From: Acidobacteriota bacterium
GTDB taxonomy: Bacteria; Acidobacteriota; Thermoanaerobaculia; Gp7-AA8
Direction: 5' to 3'
Assembly (NCBI GenBank): GCA_034667465.1
Contig: JAXDJV010000007.1
Coordinates: forward strand, 81,988-145,987
Length of the DNA stretch: 64,000 nt
Within the stretch, counting starts at the first letter, position 1, and the number at the start of each line of letters is the position of its first letter. Below are positions 40,413 to 51,500 of the stretch, in pieces. The notes under the pieces were generated by a model. The model was not told where the DNA came from. It did no database searches and saw only the letters and a program-made list of their open reading frames with translations. A program made the translations under genes and the position numbers.

Positions 40413-40970
40413 TGTGCTCGGTGCGTTCGCACCGTCGTGAACCGGGTCGGCCGCGTCAACGAAGTGCTGGCGCAAACACCTTCGGCGAAAGCGCTCGGCG
40501 CGAAATGGAATCCGCAAAATCCCATCTGGGACAAAGCATTCGACGAGATGCTGACCGCCGTCATGAACCGGTTCGACGAACTGCACGACGCTCCGGAGGC
40601 CTATATCAGCGGCTCGACATGCCGTTCCAGTCGAACCTCACGGAAGCCGAGGCAGGCGAGGTCCTCGCGCTGAATGCCGCGGAACGAAAACAGCTCGACG
40701 ATTACGCGGACACGCTGACGCTTGCCATCAACCTGATGTCACATCGACAAGACCTGAACGTCGGTTCACCCGACTACGAAGCAGGTCTGGCGCGGCTCAC
40801 AAAGATGGCGAAGCTGCCGCCGATCAAAGACGTCCCGAAGCTGCAGCTGGCGGCGAAGATCGTCGACGACTATCGGCACGCGCGTTCAGGTCGAGCTCTA
40901 TTTCTTCGATCACCGCGAAGCGATGACGAAGATCGCGAGCAAAGCAGCTCGCGCGGCGGCAGCGAAGTGA
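40412..40970 (+). pseudogene. Frameshifted hypothetical gene
   Basis: Protein-like segments in three successive frames (NRVGRVNEVL...EAY / RLDMPFQSNL...HAR / VELYFFDHREAM...AK*). Confidence 0.55.
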
Positions 40971-40973
40971 CCG

Positions 40974-41948
40974 TCATCCGGCCGCGACCGCCGCCAGCTT
41001 GCGCGCGGCCGCGGCGCGTTCCGGATAGACCGGCGTCAGCCAGCCGTAGCGATCGGGAACTTCGCCGCCGATGTACGCGAAGTATTCGCGCTGGATGTGC
41101 TCGGTGATCGGACCGCGGCGACCATTGCCGACCGTGACGCGGTCGATGGTGCGAACCGGCGTGACTTCCGCCGCCGTGCCGGTGAAGAAAACCTCGTCGA
41201 CGATGTAGAGCATCTCGCGTGGAATGAGCGTCTCGATGACTTCGTAGCCGAGGTCGCGAGCGATGCGAATGATCGAGTCGCGCGTAATGCCGGCGAGGAC
41301 GGATGCGCCGAGCGGCGGCGTATAGATCTTCCCGTCGCGCACGAGGAAGATGTTCTCGCCCGAGCCTTCGCTCACGTAGCCGTTGACGTCGAGCGCGATC
41401 CCTTCCGCGTAGCCGTCAGCTGCCGCTTCCATGCGAATGAGAATCGAGTTCATGTAGTTCGCGGTCGCTTTGGCGAGTGCGGGGAAAGTGTTCGGCGCCA
41501 TCCGGTTCCATGACGAGACGCGCACGTCGACGCCGTGCTCGATCGCTTCGACGCCGAGGTACTTGCCCCACTGCCAGGCCGCGATCGTGACGTCGACCGG
41601 ACAGGAACCGGGATAGACGCCGAGGGAGTGAAAGCCGCGGTAGACCAGCGGACGGAGATAGCAGTCTTCGAACTCATTCGCGGCGACGATTTCGACGCAC
41701 GCGGCCTTGAACTCGTCCTGCGTGAACGGCACGTCCATCCGATAGATGCGGCACGAATCGTAGAGCCTGCGAATGTGCTCGTTGAGCCGGAAGATCGCCG
41801 GGCCCTGGTTCTTCGTGACGTAACAGCGGATGCCCTCGAACAGGCCCGAGCCGTAATGAATCGCATGCGTCAGCACATGCACTTTGGCGTCGGCGAAGTC
41901 GACGAACTGTCCGTTCATCCAAATCTTTTTGATTTCTTCGAACGGCAT
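40974..41948 (-). CDS. ilvE: Branched-chain amino acid aminotransferase
   Basis: HYGSGLFEGIR, AKATANY, EGSGENIF, GITR, TGTAAEV. Confidence 0.96.
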   Translation of the reverse strand: MPFEEIKKIWMNGQFVDFADAKVHVLTHAIHYGSGLFEGIRCYVTKNQGPAIFRLNEHIRRLYDSCRIYRMDVPFTQDEFKAACVEIVAANEFEDCYLRPLVYRGFHSLGVYPGSCPVDVTIAAWQWGKYLGVEAIEHGVDVRVSSWNRMAPNTFPALAKATANYMNSILIRMEAAADGYAEGIALDVNGYVSEGSGENIFLVRDGKIYTPPLGASVLAGITRDSIIRIARDLGYEVIETLIPREMLYIVDEVFFTGTAAEVTPVRTIDRVTVGNGRRGPITEHIQREYFAYIGGEVPDRYGWLTPVYPERAAAARKLAAVAAG

Positions 41949-42069
41949 TGACGCCTCCTGAGTGCGTGCAGACCACGGCCCGTCATCCGGGACCGGAATT
42001 GCGCGGAGTATAGGTGCCGCTGTTTTGGCAAGTCAATGCTATAAACCTGCCACGAAAACGCGCCCGCCG

Positions 42070-42852
42070 ATGCCTTCTTCCTTCGCCAGCAAAACCGTTG
42101 TCATTACCGGTGCATCAAGCGGAATCGGCCGCGCGGCGGCGCTCGAATTCGCCCGGCGCGGCGCCGACGTCGTTATCGCTGCCCGTCGCGCCGATCAGCT
42201 CGAGTCCGTCGCCGCCGAATGCCGCGCTCTCGGCGCTCGCTGCAGCATCGTCGTCACCGACGTCACGAAACGCGAAGACTGTCTTCGCCTCATCGAAAGC
42301 GCGCCGCAGCTCGACGTCCTCGTGAACAACGCCGGCTTTGCGGTCTTCGACGCCATCGAATCGGCGAAGCCGGACGAGCTCGAATCGATGATGCAGACGA
42401 ACTTCTTCGGCACGGTCTGGTGCTCGCAGGCAGCGCTTCCGCGAATGCTCGCGCGCGGCAGCGGCACGATCGTGAACGTCGCGTCGATCGCGGGAATCAT
42501 GGGCTACGCGCGGATGGGCGGCTACTGCGCAACGAAGTTCGCGATCATCGGCTTCACCGAAGCGTTGCGAGACGAGGTGATCGGCCGAGGTGTGAAGGTG
42601 GCGATGGTCTGCCCCGGCACGACCGAGACCGAGTTCTTCGTGAAGGCGGAGCGTCACAGGATGCCGGGCGCGTCACGGCTAATTCCCGCCGTAAAGCCGG
42701 AGAAGATCGCGCGCGCGATCGCCGACGCGGCAGCGGACGGCCGCTACCGCCGCATCCTGCCGCTCGGCGCCGCGGCGTACATGCGATTCAAGGAACTTTT
42801 TCCGCGCGTCGCGCATCTGTTCATGCGCCGCGTGTCGGCGTGGCTGGAGTGA
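42070..42852 (+). CDS. SDR family oxidoreductase
   Basis: TGASSGIG, NNAG, YCATK. Confidence 0.93.
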   Translation: MPSSFASKTVVITGASSGIGRAAALEFARRGADVVIAARRADQLESVAAECRALGARCSIVVTDVTKREDCLRLIESAPQLDVLVNNAGFAVFDAIESAKPDELESMMQTNFFGTVWCSQAALPRMLARGSGTIVNVASIAGIMGYARMGGYCATKFAIIGFTEALRDEVIGRGVKVAMVCPGTTETEFFVKAERHRMPGASRLIPAVKPEKIARAIADAAADGRYRRILPLGAAAYMRFKELFPRVAHLFMRRVSAWLE

Positions 42853-43493
42853 TGATGTTTCAACCGCGGCGCGCACCGGCTACCTGGACGATCCTGATCG
42901 GCATCACGATCGTCTTCGCCATCGAGTACATGACCGGCGCTGTGCCGCGCGGATTCGGCCTCGAATCGTCGATCCTCGCGACGATTCGCCTCGCGAACAT
43001 GGGAGCGATCGTGCCGAACATGCTCGCCGACGGCGACTATCGCCGGCTCGTCGTCGCGATGTTCCTGCACGGCAACATCCTCCACTGGCTGACGAACTCG
43101 ATCGCGCTCCTGCAACTCGGCGCGCTCTACGAAGCGCTGTTCGGCTCCGCTCGTTTCCTCGGCATCTACTTCGCCACAGGCATCTGCGCATCGCTGGCCA
43201 GCGCGTACTTTCAGCAATCACTTTCCGTCGGTGCGAGCGGCGCGATCTTCGGCATCCTCGGCGCGTTTATTTTTTCGGTCCTGCGCTCGCCGCAGTATCG
43301 CCATCAACCCTGGACGAAAAGCCTCGTCCGCCAGTTAGTTTTCTGGATGGCCGTGAATCTCATCATCGGCTACTCGTTCCCATTCATCGATAACGTCGCA
43401 CACATCGGCGGCATGGTTTCCGGGCTCCTGCTCGGCTTCCTCCCCCATCGAGTCCCGCCTCCGCCACCGGCAAACGCGATCGTCAACGTCTGA
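42852..43493 (+). CDS. Rhomboid intramembrane serine protease
   Basis: FLH..ILH, GASG, AHIGG. Confidence 0.92.
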   Translation: MMFQPRRAPATWTILIGITIVFAIEYMTGAVPRGFGLESSILATIRLANMGAIVPNMLADGDYRRLVVAMFLHGNILHWLTNSIALLQLGALYEALFGSARFLGIYFATGICASLASAYFQQSLSVGASGAIFGILGAFIFSVLRSPQYRHQPWTKSLVRQLVFWMAVNLIIGYSFPFIDNVAHIGGMVSGLLLGFLPHRVPPPPPANAIVNV

Positions 43494-43529
43494 GTAAGTG
43501 TGGGGGCGGCCGCTTCGGCCGCCCGAAAG

Positions 43530-44642
43530 CTACCGGCGAAAAATCAACCGCACGTCCTGCCCACCAAACAGCCGCTCGTTCAGCGCGTCGACGACGCGCC
43601 GCAGCGACGGCGAATCATCATCGCTCACCGGCAAACGGTTTCCCTCCGGGAACGGATGAACGGCGCGCAGCTCTTCGACTGAGAAGCCCTGCTCTCGCGC
43701 AAGCAGCGTGAGCGCGGCCGGATGGCGTGGCGCAAGATGCGTCGGGTCGCGCCAGAACGTCGAGCCGGTCACCGCCAGCGACTCCGCGTTCGGCGTCTCG
43801 ATCATCAGCAGACCGCCCGGAGCGAGTACGCGCGCCGCCTGCGCGAAAAACGCGAACAGCAGCTCGACCGGCAAATGCTCGACGACATGCATCGCCGCAA
43901 TGCTGCCGATCGTCCCGTCGACGATTCCATTGAAGCACTCCGGCACACCGGCCACGATCGCATCAAGGCCGCGCGCGCGAAGATCGGCGACCGAGCGCTC
44001 ATTCGTATCGAAGCCGCGAGCCCTGATCCCCGCGTCGCGCGCCGCTTCGAGCAGTTCGCCGCGGCCGCAGCCAACGTCGAGCAGCGGCTCGTGTCCGCGC
44101 GCCTGGTCAACATATGGACGAATCGCTTCGTGCACCTCCGCTTCACTGCCGCGCATCCCGTCTTCGAGCCGGCGGTAGAGAAAGTCGGATGACGTCGTCG
44201 ATGTTGTCGTCGATATCGTCGCGGAAACGATCGGATTCGTGACATCGCGCACGCGCACCGCGACCGTCTCGATCTTCTGATCGAGCGCCGCGATCAACGC
44301 GTCGTTCCGCTTCGCCGTGATCGGAATCAGCTCGCGAATGCGCGCGAGATCGGCCGCCAGCGCTTCGTCCGCGCGACGAACATCGGCCTGCACGGCAGCG
44401 ATGTCCGCTTTCAAACCGGTACGCAGCGTATCGAGCTCGCCGCGCAGCTCGCGCACCAGATCGAGCAACACGAGGTTGAAGTCACGCTGACGATCGAGCT
44501 CGGGACGAACGAGCTTGCGAACGAACGCCGAAAGCGCGCCGCGCAGGCCGCCGCGATCGCGATAGCGACGGTCCGCCTGCCAGACTTCGCGCCAGCCGTC
44601 CGCGCCGTCCGGCGGAGAATCGATGAATCGCTCGTCGCTCAT
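43530..44642 (-). CDS. Class I SAM-dependent methyltransferase with N-terminal coiled coil
   Basis: LDVGCGRGE, HVVEHL, IETPN. Confidence 0.85.
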   Translation of the reverse strand: MSDERFIDSPPDGADGWREVWQADRRYRDRGGLRGALSAFVRKLVRPELDRQRDFNLVLLDLVRELRGELDTLRTGLKADIAAVQADVRRADEALAADLARIRELIPITAKRNDALIAALDQKIETVAVRVRDVTNPIVSATISTTTSTTSSDFLYRRLEDGMRGSEAEVHEAIRPYVDQARGHEPLLDVGCGRGELLEAARDAGIRARGFDTNERSVADLRARGLDAIVAGVPECFNGIVDGTIGSIAAMHVVEHLPVELLFAFFAQAARVLAPGGLLMIETPNAESLAVTGSTFWRDPTHLAPRHPAALTLLAREQGFSVEELRAVHPFPEGNRLPVSDDDSPSLRRVVDALNERLFGGQDVRLIFRR

Positions 44643-44658
44643 GCGGCCGTGAGCATAC

Positions 44659-44694
44659 AAAAAAACGCGCCGCCCAAACCGCGGGCGGCGCGTT
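44659..44694 (-). terminator. Rho-independent terminator after rplI
   Basis: AACGCGCCGCCC...GGGCGGCGCGTT stem followed by a U tract on the minus strand. Confidence 0.75.
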
Positions 44695-44714
44695 GCGATG
44701 CAATGCGAGCGTAA

Positions 44715-45257
44715 TTACTCGGCGGCTGCAGCGTCCGCATCGGCGGCCGGAGCCACCTCTGCAGGCGCGGGAGCCGGCGTCGGCGCCGGCGCCGGTGTCG
44801 CCACCGACTCGACGCCGATCGGCAGCACTTCCACCTGGATGTGCGCCGTCACGTCCTTGTGCAAACGGACGTCGATCTCATGGAGACCGGTGGTCTTGAT
44901 CGGATGCGCGAGCTCGATGCGGCGCTTGTCGACATCGACGCCTTTCGCGAGCAGCGCGTCGGCGATGTCGTTCGCGGTCACGGAGCCGAAAAGGTTGCCG
45001 TGGTCGCCGGTGCGTTTGTTGATGACGATCTTCATCCCCTTCACGCTGTCGGCGGCCTTCTGGGCAACGGTGCGCTCCTGCTGCGCGAGCACGTCCCACT
45101 TCTTGCGCTCCTGCTCCACCGACTTGAGGTTGCCGGCGGTCGCTTCGCGCGCCAATTTTTTCGGAATGAGGAAGTTCCGCGCGTAGCCGTCTTTGACCGT
45201 GACGACGTCGCCGCGCGAGCCCAATCCTCGGATCTCGTCAATCAGAATGACTTTCAT
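44715..45257 (-). CDS. rplI: 50S ribosomal protein L9
   Basis: MKVIL...LG..GDVVTVKDGYARNFLIP, LFGSVT. Confidence 0.97.
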   Translation of the reverse strand: MKVILIDEIRGLGSRGDVVTVKDGYARNFLIPKKLAREATAGNLKSVEQERKKWDVLAQQERTVAQKAADSVKGMKIVINKRTGDHGNLFGSVTANDIADALLAKGVDVDKRRIELAHPIKTTGLHEIDVRLHKDVTAHIQVEVLPIGVESVATPAPAPTPAPAPAEVAPAADADAAAAE

Positions 45258-46272
45258 CGGAGTGATCCTTTCGATTGAAGTGTCGGAAATCAAAAAATGA
45301 ATCGAACAGCCCCGCAACCGTCAGCAGCAATGGCGACAACCCCGTGAATGCGAGAATCGCCAGCGTGCCGTACGCGAACAGAACGCCGATGAAGCCGGCG
45401 CCGATCGCGGCGAGCAGCGCACGGAAGATCGCCAGCCCCTGCATGAAGTAGAGGAAGACGACGACCGCCAGCACGTTCGCGCCGACCTTCTGCACCATCC
45501 CGTGCGCGAGCGGCGATAAGCCCGCCGCGACGAACGCGACGGCCAGCCACTCAGGCAGCGAGAAGTTGCGGAAGAGGTACGGCGCGGACTCCGGCAGCGT
45601 GCGCGTCTCGACGAACTGCCGCCACGCCACGACCCGTCCCACCATCACCAGACTGAGGACGAAAACAATCACGATGTCCATCAGCAGAAATGCGGGGAGA
45701 CAGAAGAGCGCGACGGACGCGAGCGTCTTTGCGAACACAGCCGCCGAACCGGTCGACGGCATCTTCGGGTTGTTCGTCAGCATCGCTTTCGCCATCTCGG
45801 CCGCCTGCACTGCATGCAGCGCGTACGGCGAGAAATGTGCGAAGAGCTGCATGACGATCTCGGTCAGCGCGAGGCCGCCGACGCTCGCGATGAGCGCGGC
45901 GACGAGCACGCGGCCGAACGAGTCGCGTCGCTCGACCATCGGCAATACCAGCAGCGCCGGCACCGCAACGGCGACGACGAGCGCCATGAAGTAGGCGTAA
46001 GCCATATTCACGTCGGCGGCCGTGGAGCCTTGTGGTGCCTGCAGCATGAGCATGCCGGCGATCGGGACGGCCAGAGCGAGCGCAATCCATGCCGCGCGCC
46101 GCCCGTTGCGGAGTCCGCAATGGATGAGCGCTGCCGGCACGAACACGAACATCGGTGGCAGGAACAGCAGCGCCGTCAAAGCCGCATATGCGGCGACGCT
46201 GCGGATCGTGCGACCAGCCGGTTTCCCGGCCGGCATCAGCACCGGCTCGCTCTGAAGGGACGATTCGATCAT
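45238..46272 (-). CDS. DUF2232/YybS-family membrane protein
   Basis: Multi-TM, QGLAI...GLFDSFFDFR; lies between rpsR and rplI. Confidence 0.8.
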   Translation of the reverse strand: MIESSLQSEPVLMPAGKPAGRTIRSVAAYAALTALLFLPPMFVFVPAALIHCGLRNGRRAAWIALALAVPIAGMLMLQAPQGSTAADVNMAYAYFMALVVAVAVPALLVLPMVERRDSFGRVLVAALIASVGGLALTEIVMQLFAHFSPYALHAVQAAEMAKAMLTNNPKMPSTGSAAVFAKTLASVALFCLPAFLLMDIVIVFVLSLVMVGRVVAWRQFVETRTLPESAPYLFRNFSLPEWLAVAFVAAGLSPLAHGMVQKVGANVLAVVVFLYFMQGLAIFRALLAAIGAGFIGVLFAYGTLAILAFTGLSPLLLTVAGLFDSFFDFRHFNRKDHSDESHSD

Positions 46273-46279
46273 TTCGTCG

Positions 46280-46582
46280 TTAGTCGGTCGCGAACGGAAT
46301 CAGCGCCGCGGTACGCGCGCGCTTGATGGCGTTCTGGAGTTTGCGCTGGTGCAGTGCGCAGGTACCGGAAATGCGGCGCGGAAGAATCTTCCCGCGCTCC
46401 GGGATGAACTGCTGCAGCATCTTCACGTCTTTGTAGTCGATGTACTCGAGCTTCTCGACGCAGAACTTGCAAACGCGCTTCCGGCGGTAGAAGAACTTCT
46501 TCTTTCCGCCCTGCGGGCCACCCTGCCCGCCGCCCGGGCCACCGCCCGGAGAGCTTCTTCTCGGTCCACCCATCGTAGCCAT
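46280..46582 (-). CDS. rpsR: 30S ribosomal protein S18 (Zn-binding form)
   Basis: [30 protein letters not shown]. Confidence 0.97.
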   Translation of the reverse strand: MATMGGPRRSSPGGGPGGGQGGPQGGKKKFFYRRKRVCKFCVEKLEYIDYKDVKMLQQFIPERGKILPRRISGTCALHQRKLQNAIKRARTAALIPFATD

Positions 46583-46597
46583 GTTCGATCTCCTTCC

Positions 46598-47098
46598 TTA
46601 CTCGGCGGCAGGCGTTTCCACGCCCGCACCCTCGTCGACTGCCGGGGCCGCGGGAGCGGCTTCCGGAGCGGCCATCGGCGCAGCAGGAGCTGACGCGGAC
46701 GACACAGACGCACCCATCGACGGCGACGGCGATGAAGTGCCGAAACCGGGCGCGGCCGGACGGACGCGTTCCTTCTTCGGGTTCTTCTTAGCCAGCTTGT
46801 CCGCCCGCTTGTGGTCCTCATCCGTGCGCACGATCATGTGGCGCAGGATGCGGTCGGAGTTCTTCATCCGGCGATCGAGCTCGGACAGCGAGCTGTCGCT
46901 CTCGAAGACGAAGAGGTGGTAGTGACCTTCGTTGAACTTGTGGATGGGGTAAGCGAGACGACGACGGCCCCACGCTTCTTCATTTTTGAGCGTGGCTCCG
47001 GTCTTTGCAGCGACGCCTTTGAAATCCGTAATCAGCGTCGTTGCTTCCTCCTCCGCGACTTGCGGAGAAAGGATGAACAGGACTTCATAAGTCCTCAT
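46598..47098 (-). CDS. rpsF: 30S ribosomal protein S6
   Basis: MRTYEVLFIL, WGRRRLAYPI, ILRHMIV. Confidence 0.97.
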   Translation of the reverse strand: MRTYEVLFILSPQVAEEEATTLITDFKGVAAKTGATLKNEEAWGRRRLAYPIHKFNEGHYHLFVFESDSSLSELDRRMKNSDRILRHMIVRTDEDHKRADKLAKKNPKKERVRPAAPGFGTSSPSPSMGASVSSASAPAAPMAAPEAAPAAPAVDEGAGVETPAAE

Positions 47099-47160
47099 AG
47101 ATCCTCCTTCTGGCCTGAACGGGACCCCGCACAAGCGGTGGTCCAAGGGGGGCGCAGATT
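47099..47160 (-). promoter_or_regulatory. Putative S6:S18 (rpsF) leader
   Basis: CCCCCCTT followed by a GGACC..GGTCC hairpin and AAGGAGG Shine-Dalgarno directly before rpsF. Confidence 0.55.
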
Positions 47161-47198
47161 GTCAAAAGAATGGTCCCGGCACCAGAGCCGGGCGCGCG

Positions 47199-47227
47199 AG
47201 TATAGGGGAAGGTGGACGGAGAGGCAA
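47199..47227 (-). promoter_or_regulatory. Sigma70-type promoter of the rpsF operon
   Basis: TTGCCT-17 bp-TATACT. Confidence 0.65.
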
Positions 47228-47592
47228 ATTATTTCGAGGGACGAACAGGCATGGCGGCGCGCTTGCGGGTCGAACGCGCCTTGTCGTGCTTCAGGCGGCC
47301 TGTGCGACGAGGGTACAGCAATCGATCGCGAACCACTCTGATCACTTTCCGATGACCCCGTCGTCAGGTCTTAACGGTCCGACCGACCTCTGCGTCTCTA
47401 TGAATGACCATGAGAGGGCGCTTGAGAGCGGTCTTGACTGCACGTGGGTGCGGCGTCGCGCCGAAAGGTTGCCTGTCAGGCGAGAGCGGACCTCGTGTGG
47501 GTATGTCGATTCCGAGATGAGCAACGCTGGTCTCATCGGATCGCCGGGCAGACATCTGCGTGAAACAACACTCGGACACCATATCCAATTGT

Positions 47593-48555
47593 TCAACGCG
47601 GCGTCACATGCTTAGAAAGGATCCGCAGAACCTCACGATCGCGTCCGGTCGCATCCACGTCGTCACCCGCCCTCAGATTCTCTCGAGCAAGACGCTCCGC
47701 ATCGCGATATGCGCCTCGCGCGGTTTCGTAATCTCGCATCACCTCGGAGACTCGGCCCTTTGCCAACATCAAGACAGCCGATCTTGGAAAGAGAGCAAGG
47801 CCCTTTTCGACCGAGCGGAGCGCCGCTTGACGATATGAGGGCTCTCCCCCCTCGCGAAAGCACAGCGCGTTCGCGTCGGCCAGGATCACAAACCAGTCGA
47901 CTGACCGTCGCGCTGCTTCAGATCGTGACTCGAGGAATGCAACGACCTTCGTACAATCACCGGATTGAAGCAACATCACGGCACGATCATGCCAATCATT
48001 GTCCGTCACATCGCTATCTGATCCCGCGTCGCTCCGCCTTTCCTGAGGCTGCGCTAATTGCTCCAAGTTCTTAAGAACATCGCGATCCTCATATGATCGC
48101 TCGCCGCTTTGATCGGACGCAATATTGGCGAGCGCCACAAGGCGTGCGTTATCGAAAAACCGCTTTGCTAATTGGGGTGCTCCCACTCCTTCGTCGCCGA
48201 AGCGATCGTAGAGCGCACCGTGGGCGAGCAATAGACGCGACGAACGTGGGAAGCGCAGCGTCCCCTGCCGCAATATCGCGTGCGCATTGTCGAGCGTGCC
48301 TTTTTCACGGGAGCGATTGAAACACTCGCCGTAGGCGTCTGCCAAGAGAATATACCAGAGAGGATTGGAATTGAGCTGCCGCTGCTGGGAAATCAAGTCG
48401 ATCGCGTCATTACAACGTCCTGCAGCTAGCAGTCGCATCGTTGTATCCTGGAGCTTGCCGAGAGTCACTTCTTTCACTGGCAGCGGCGTATCGATGCCTT
48501 TGCACATAACAACAAGCAGCACAATCAGCGCCGCGCCATCGCGCCGAGCCTGCAT
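47593..48555 (-). CDS. Internally duplicated TPR-like exported protein, candidate immunity/partner protein
   Basis: Hydrophobic leader ending VVMC; two homologous halves; starts 2 bp after the RHS stop. Confidence 0.6.
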   Translation of the reverse strand: MQARRDGAALIVLLVVMCKGIDTPLPVKEVTLGKLQDTTMRLLAAGRCNDAIDLISQQRQLNSNPLWYILLADAYGECFNRSREKGTLDNAHAILRQGTLRFPRSSRLLLAHGALYDRFGDEGVGAPQLAKRFFDNARLVALANIASDQSGERSYEDRDVLKNLEQLAQPQERRSDAGSDSDVTDNDWHDRAVMLLQSGDCTKVVAFLESRSEAARRSVDWFVILADANALCFREGGEPSYRQAALRSVEKGLALFPRSAVLMLAKGRVSEVMRDYETARGAYRDAERLARENLRAGDDVDATGRDREVLRILSKHVTPR

Positions 48556-48557
48556 GC

Positions 48558-51500
48558 TCAGTACCCCTCCTGTTCCGGCCGCTGACACGGATGCATTAAG
48601 CCGAAGATCATATAGCCCTGAGTCCACGCCTGCTGTGAACGTCTTGAGGCCACGTCGCTCCCCCACTCCTCGTACCAGTCGACATACGTCGCCGGCGTGC
48701 AATCTTCGGAGCAATAAGGTCCGCAATCACATTGCGTGACAACCCGCACTTTGCGTCTCCAGAAATCCGTCAAGAGAAACCATCGATGCCAACGACACTT
48801 CTCAGTCACAACAGGCCAACCGACCCCGCCACTCGCCTGCGGCGCCCGACTGGCGGATGGTGCTTGCGGCGCTATCGGCCCTGGCAAACCCGTATCTGGA
48901 CCCAAGGCTTCTGCGCCACCCGACTGCCAAGCGGTCGACGTTCTGGTTGTTTTATATACATTCTTGATGCCCGGGTAAATGTGATCGACACACTTCAAGC
49001 CATATGGATCGGTAAATGCCACAGCTGAATTACCCGCATAAGTATAAAGCGCTCCGCCTATTACGTGAATAAACTCCTGCAATGAGTCTTCACTGAGGAA
49101 CCGCCCGGTATCCGCGTTGTAGACGCGAGAGCGATAGTGCCAGAGAGTTCCGCCACTGAGTGGCATGCGTTCGCGGCCCGTATAACCGAAGAGCTCGCTA
49201 CCGGACGTTTCGCCCCACGGCTGATAAGCGTACTGCGCCGCGATACCTCCGGAGGAGTTCACCACGCCAACAATCGAACCGAGGCCGTCCGCGAGATAGT
49301 ACTTGGCCACCTGCCCGGAGCCGCCACTAACGGCGAGAGGTTCATCCATACCCGGTCCAAACAAATAGTCATTCGAGATACCGGCCGCCGCTATGCGTTC
49401 TCCGACCACATTCACACCAGCATACACAAAAACAGTCGGAGTCGAGAGCGACATCGCAACACGCCGACCTAAACCGTCGTATGCCGTGCCGGAGGAAACA
49501 AAGCGATTCATCGCGTCCCACGTGTATAGATTTTGCGCCGTCGATGTGCCCGTCTGATTGCCGTTGGCATCGTACAGGAGATCTGAACCAGTTCCGTGAT
49601 ACTTCAGACGCTGTCCGTTGTTGGGGTTCGTTCCATTCTTGTAATACAGATAGTCAGTGTATAGGCCACTCGAAAAACTCCGCTTCGTGCGATTACCGAT
49701 CGCATCATACTGCCATTGCTCCGACGTACCTGAAGGATAATCTGCCCCAATCAGCTGGTAATTGCCATCGTAATGATACTTCGTGATGCCTGCCAGCGTT
49801 GCCGCGCCACTAACGGCGACGCTGGTCCGCTGTCCAATCATCGTCGCGTTATTCGCCGACCAGTTCCAGTCGTATTCATATGCAAATGTTGCCAAGTTAC
49901 CTGCCGTAACGTGTTCGTTGGCGAGGTTCGTCAGACGACCGATTAGATCGTACGTGTATGAACGTACGACGCCCGCCGCAAACGTAACCGTCGTGTACTG
50001 ATCCCGTTTGTTATACGCAAACACGAACGTGCCAGCGGCGGACCAGTCAATCTGAGCGAGCCGACCGGAAGTGTCGTAAGACAGGTTAGCCGTCGGCGCG
50101 TAACCCGATCCAGACGATGGCCCCACGGTATAGCTTTGTGGCCGAGGATTTGCGTCATCCTCGTAAGTGTAGGTCAGCCTGCCGCGATTGCCCTGAGTCT
50201 CCGTGAGCAGCCTGTACCTCGTGTCGTAGGCATAAGTGAGCGATTGTGCAGGCGTCACAGTCGTATCCAACACCGTCATTAGCTTCTGTCCAGTGTAACT
50301 ATACGTGATGCCGCCACCAGTGGAAAACGTCTCACCTGTCGAGCGTCCCAGTATGTCGTAGATATACCCCGTGGTGACACTACGGCGGTCCGTGCGGCTC
50401 AACGGCTCTCCGGAACTATGAGTAGAGTATGTCTCAAACGCGCCATCGGGGAACGTAGTCCTTGACAATTGACCGAAGACGTCATAGGAGAATGAAGTGA
50501 CATTGCCGTTCGCGTCCGTGATGTCTTTCAAAAGATTGTCTTCGTAGCGATATGTTGTCACATGCTCGAGAGCATCAACACTCCTGACCAGATGCCCAAG
50601 CTCGTCGTACCCCATTTTAGTGACATTTCCGTTGGCGTCCGTCTGAAATGTAAATGTGAGTCCCGTGGTCGAGTCGAAGTGGTCGTAAGTCAACGAAACG
50701 ATCGCCGTGAACGGGGTGTTCGCGCTCGGCTTCGGGGCAGTGACGCTCTCGATTCGATCCACCGCGTCGTAAGTGTACGTGGTAGTGGCAGCCATCACGT
50801 CCGTTGACGTCAGGGTCCTCCCCAAACTATCGAATGTAGATGACGACACCGCGCCATCTGAGGCCCGAGTAGTGGTCAATAGATCGCCCGCGGCGTTGTA
50901 GGCATAGTTAAACTGCTGATCGCCGGCCGCATGCATCGTCATTCGACCCTTGCTATCGTACTGGAACTGCTCGACGATCTCGATGGTCGTACCGTCGCCC
51001 TGACGCTGCTTAACAAATCTAAGCGCGCCGGGCGCGGGATCCGTGGCTCCATAATAGGTAAACAACGTGCCGGGCCAATCATTAGGCAAGAACGTGTCGC
51101 TCGTCACAGTAATCGAAGCGACTTTGTTCGGCCAAGTGGCGTCGTATGTCAGAGTACTTCTTACATAGTTCGAAAGAGGCCCACCGCGAGTAACGGTAAG
51201 AACTCTGCCGCCCGTGTCGTAGGTATAAGCGACCGGTGCAAAGGCATCTGCGGTCGTGACGACTCGGCCCTCCGCGTCATACTGCGAAACATCGTTCGAG
51301 ATGAGCCAGTTCGCGCCGTTATAGTGATACGTCGTAGCGTGCGGGCCGCGAAGAGCGGTCTTTATAGTCCGGGGCGGGGTAGCGTCAGGCGCGTAGTCAT
51401 ACGTAAACTTCGCCCCCCGAGCCGTTGAATCGGAGTAATCGCCGTCGGTGTAACTGGCAAGACGATCGTTGGAATCCCAGCCGAGAGCCGTGATGGTTCG

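Noticed and set aside
44715-46760. Ala/Pro-rich tails on L9 and S6 and the Gly-rich N-terminus of S18
   Set aside because: Low-complexity extensions are common on these proteins
47230-47590. Short ORFs or orphan RHS C-terminus downstream of the TPR-like gene
   Set aside because: No RHS core remnant or protein-like frame recognised
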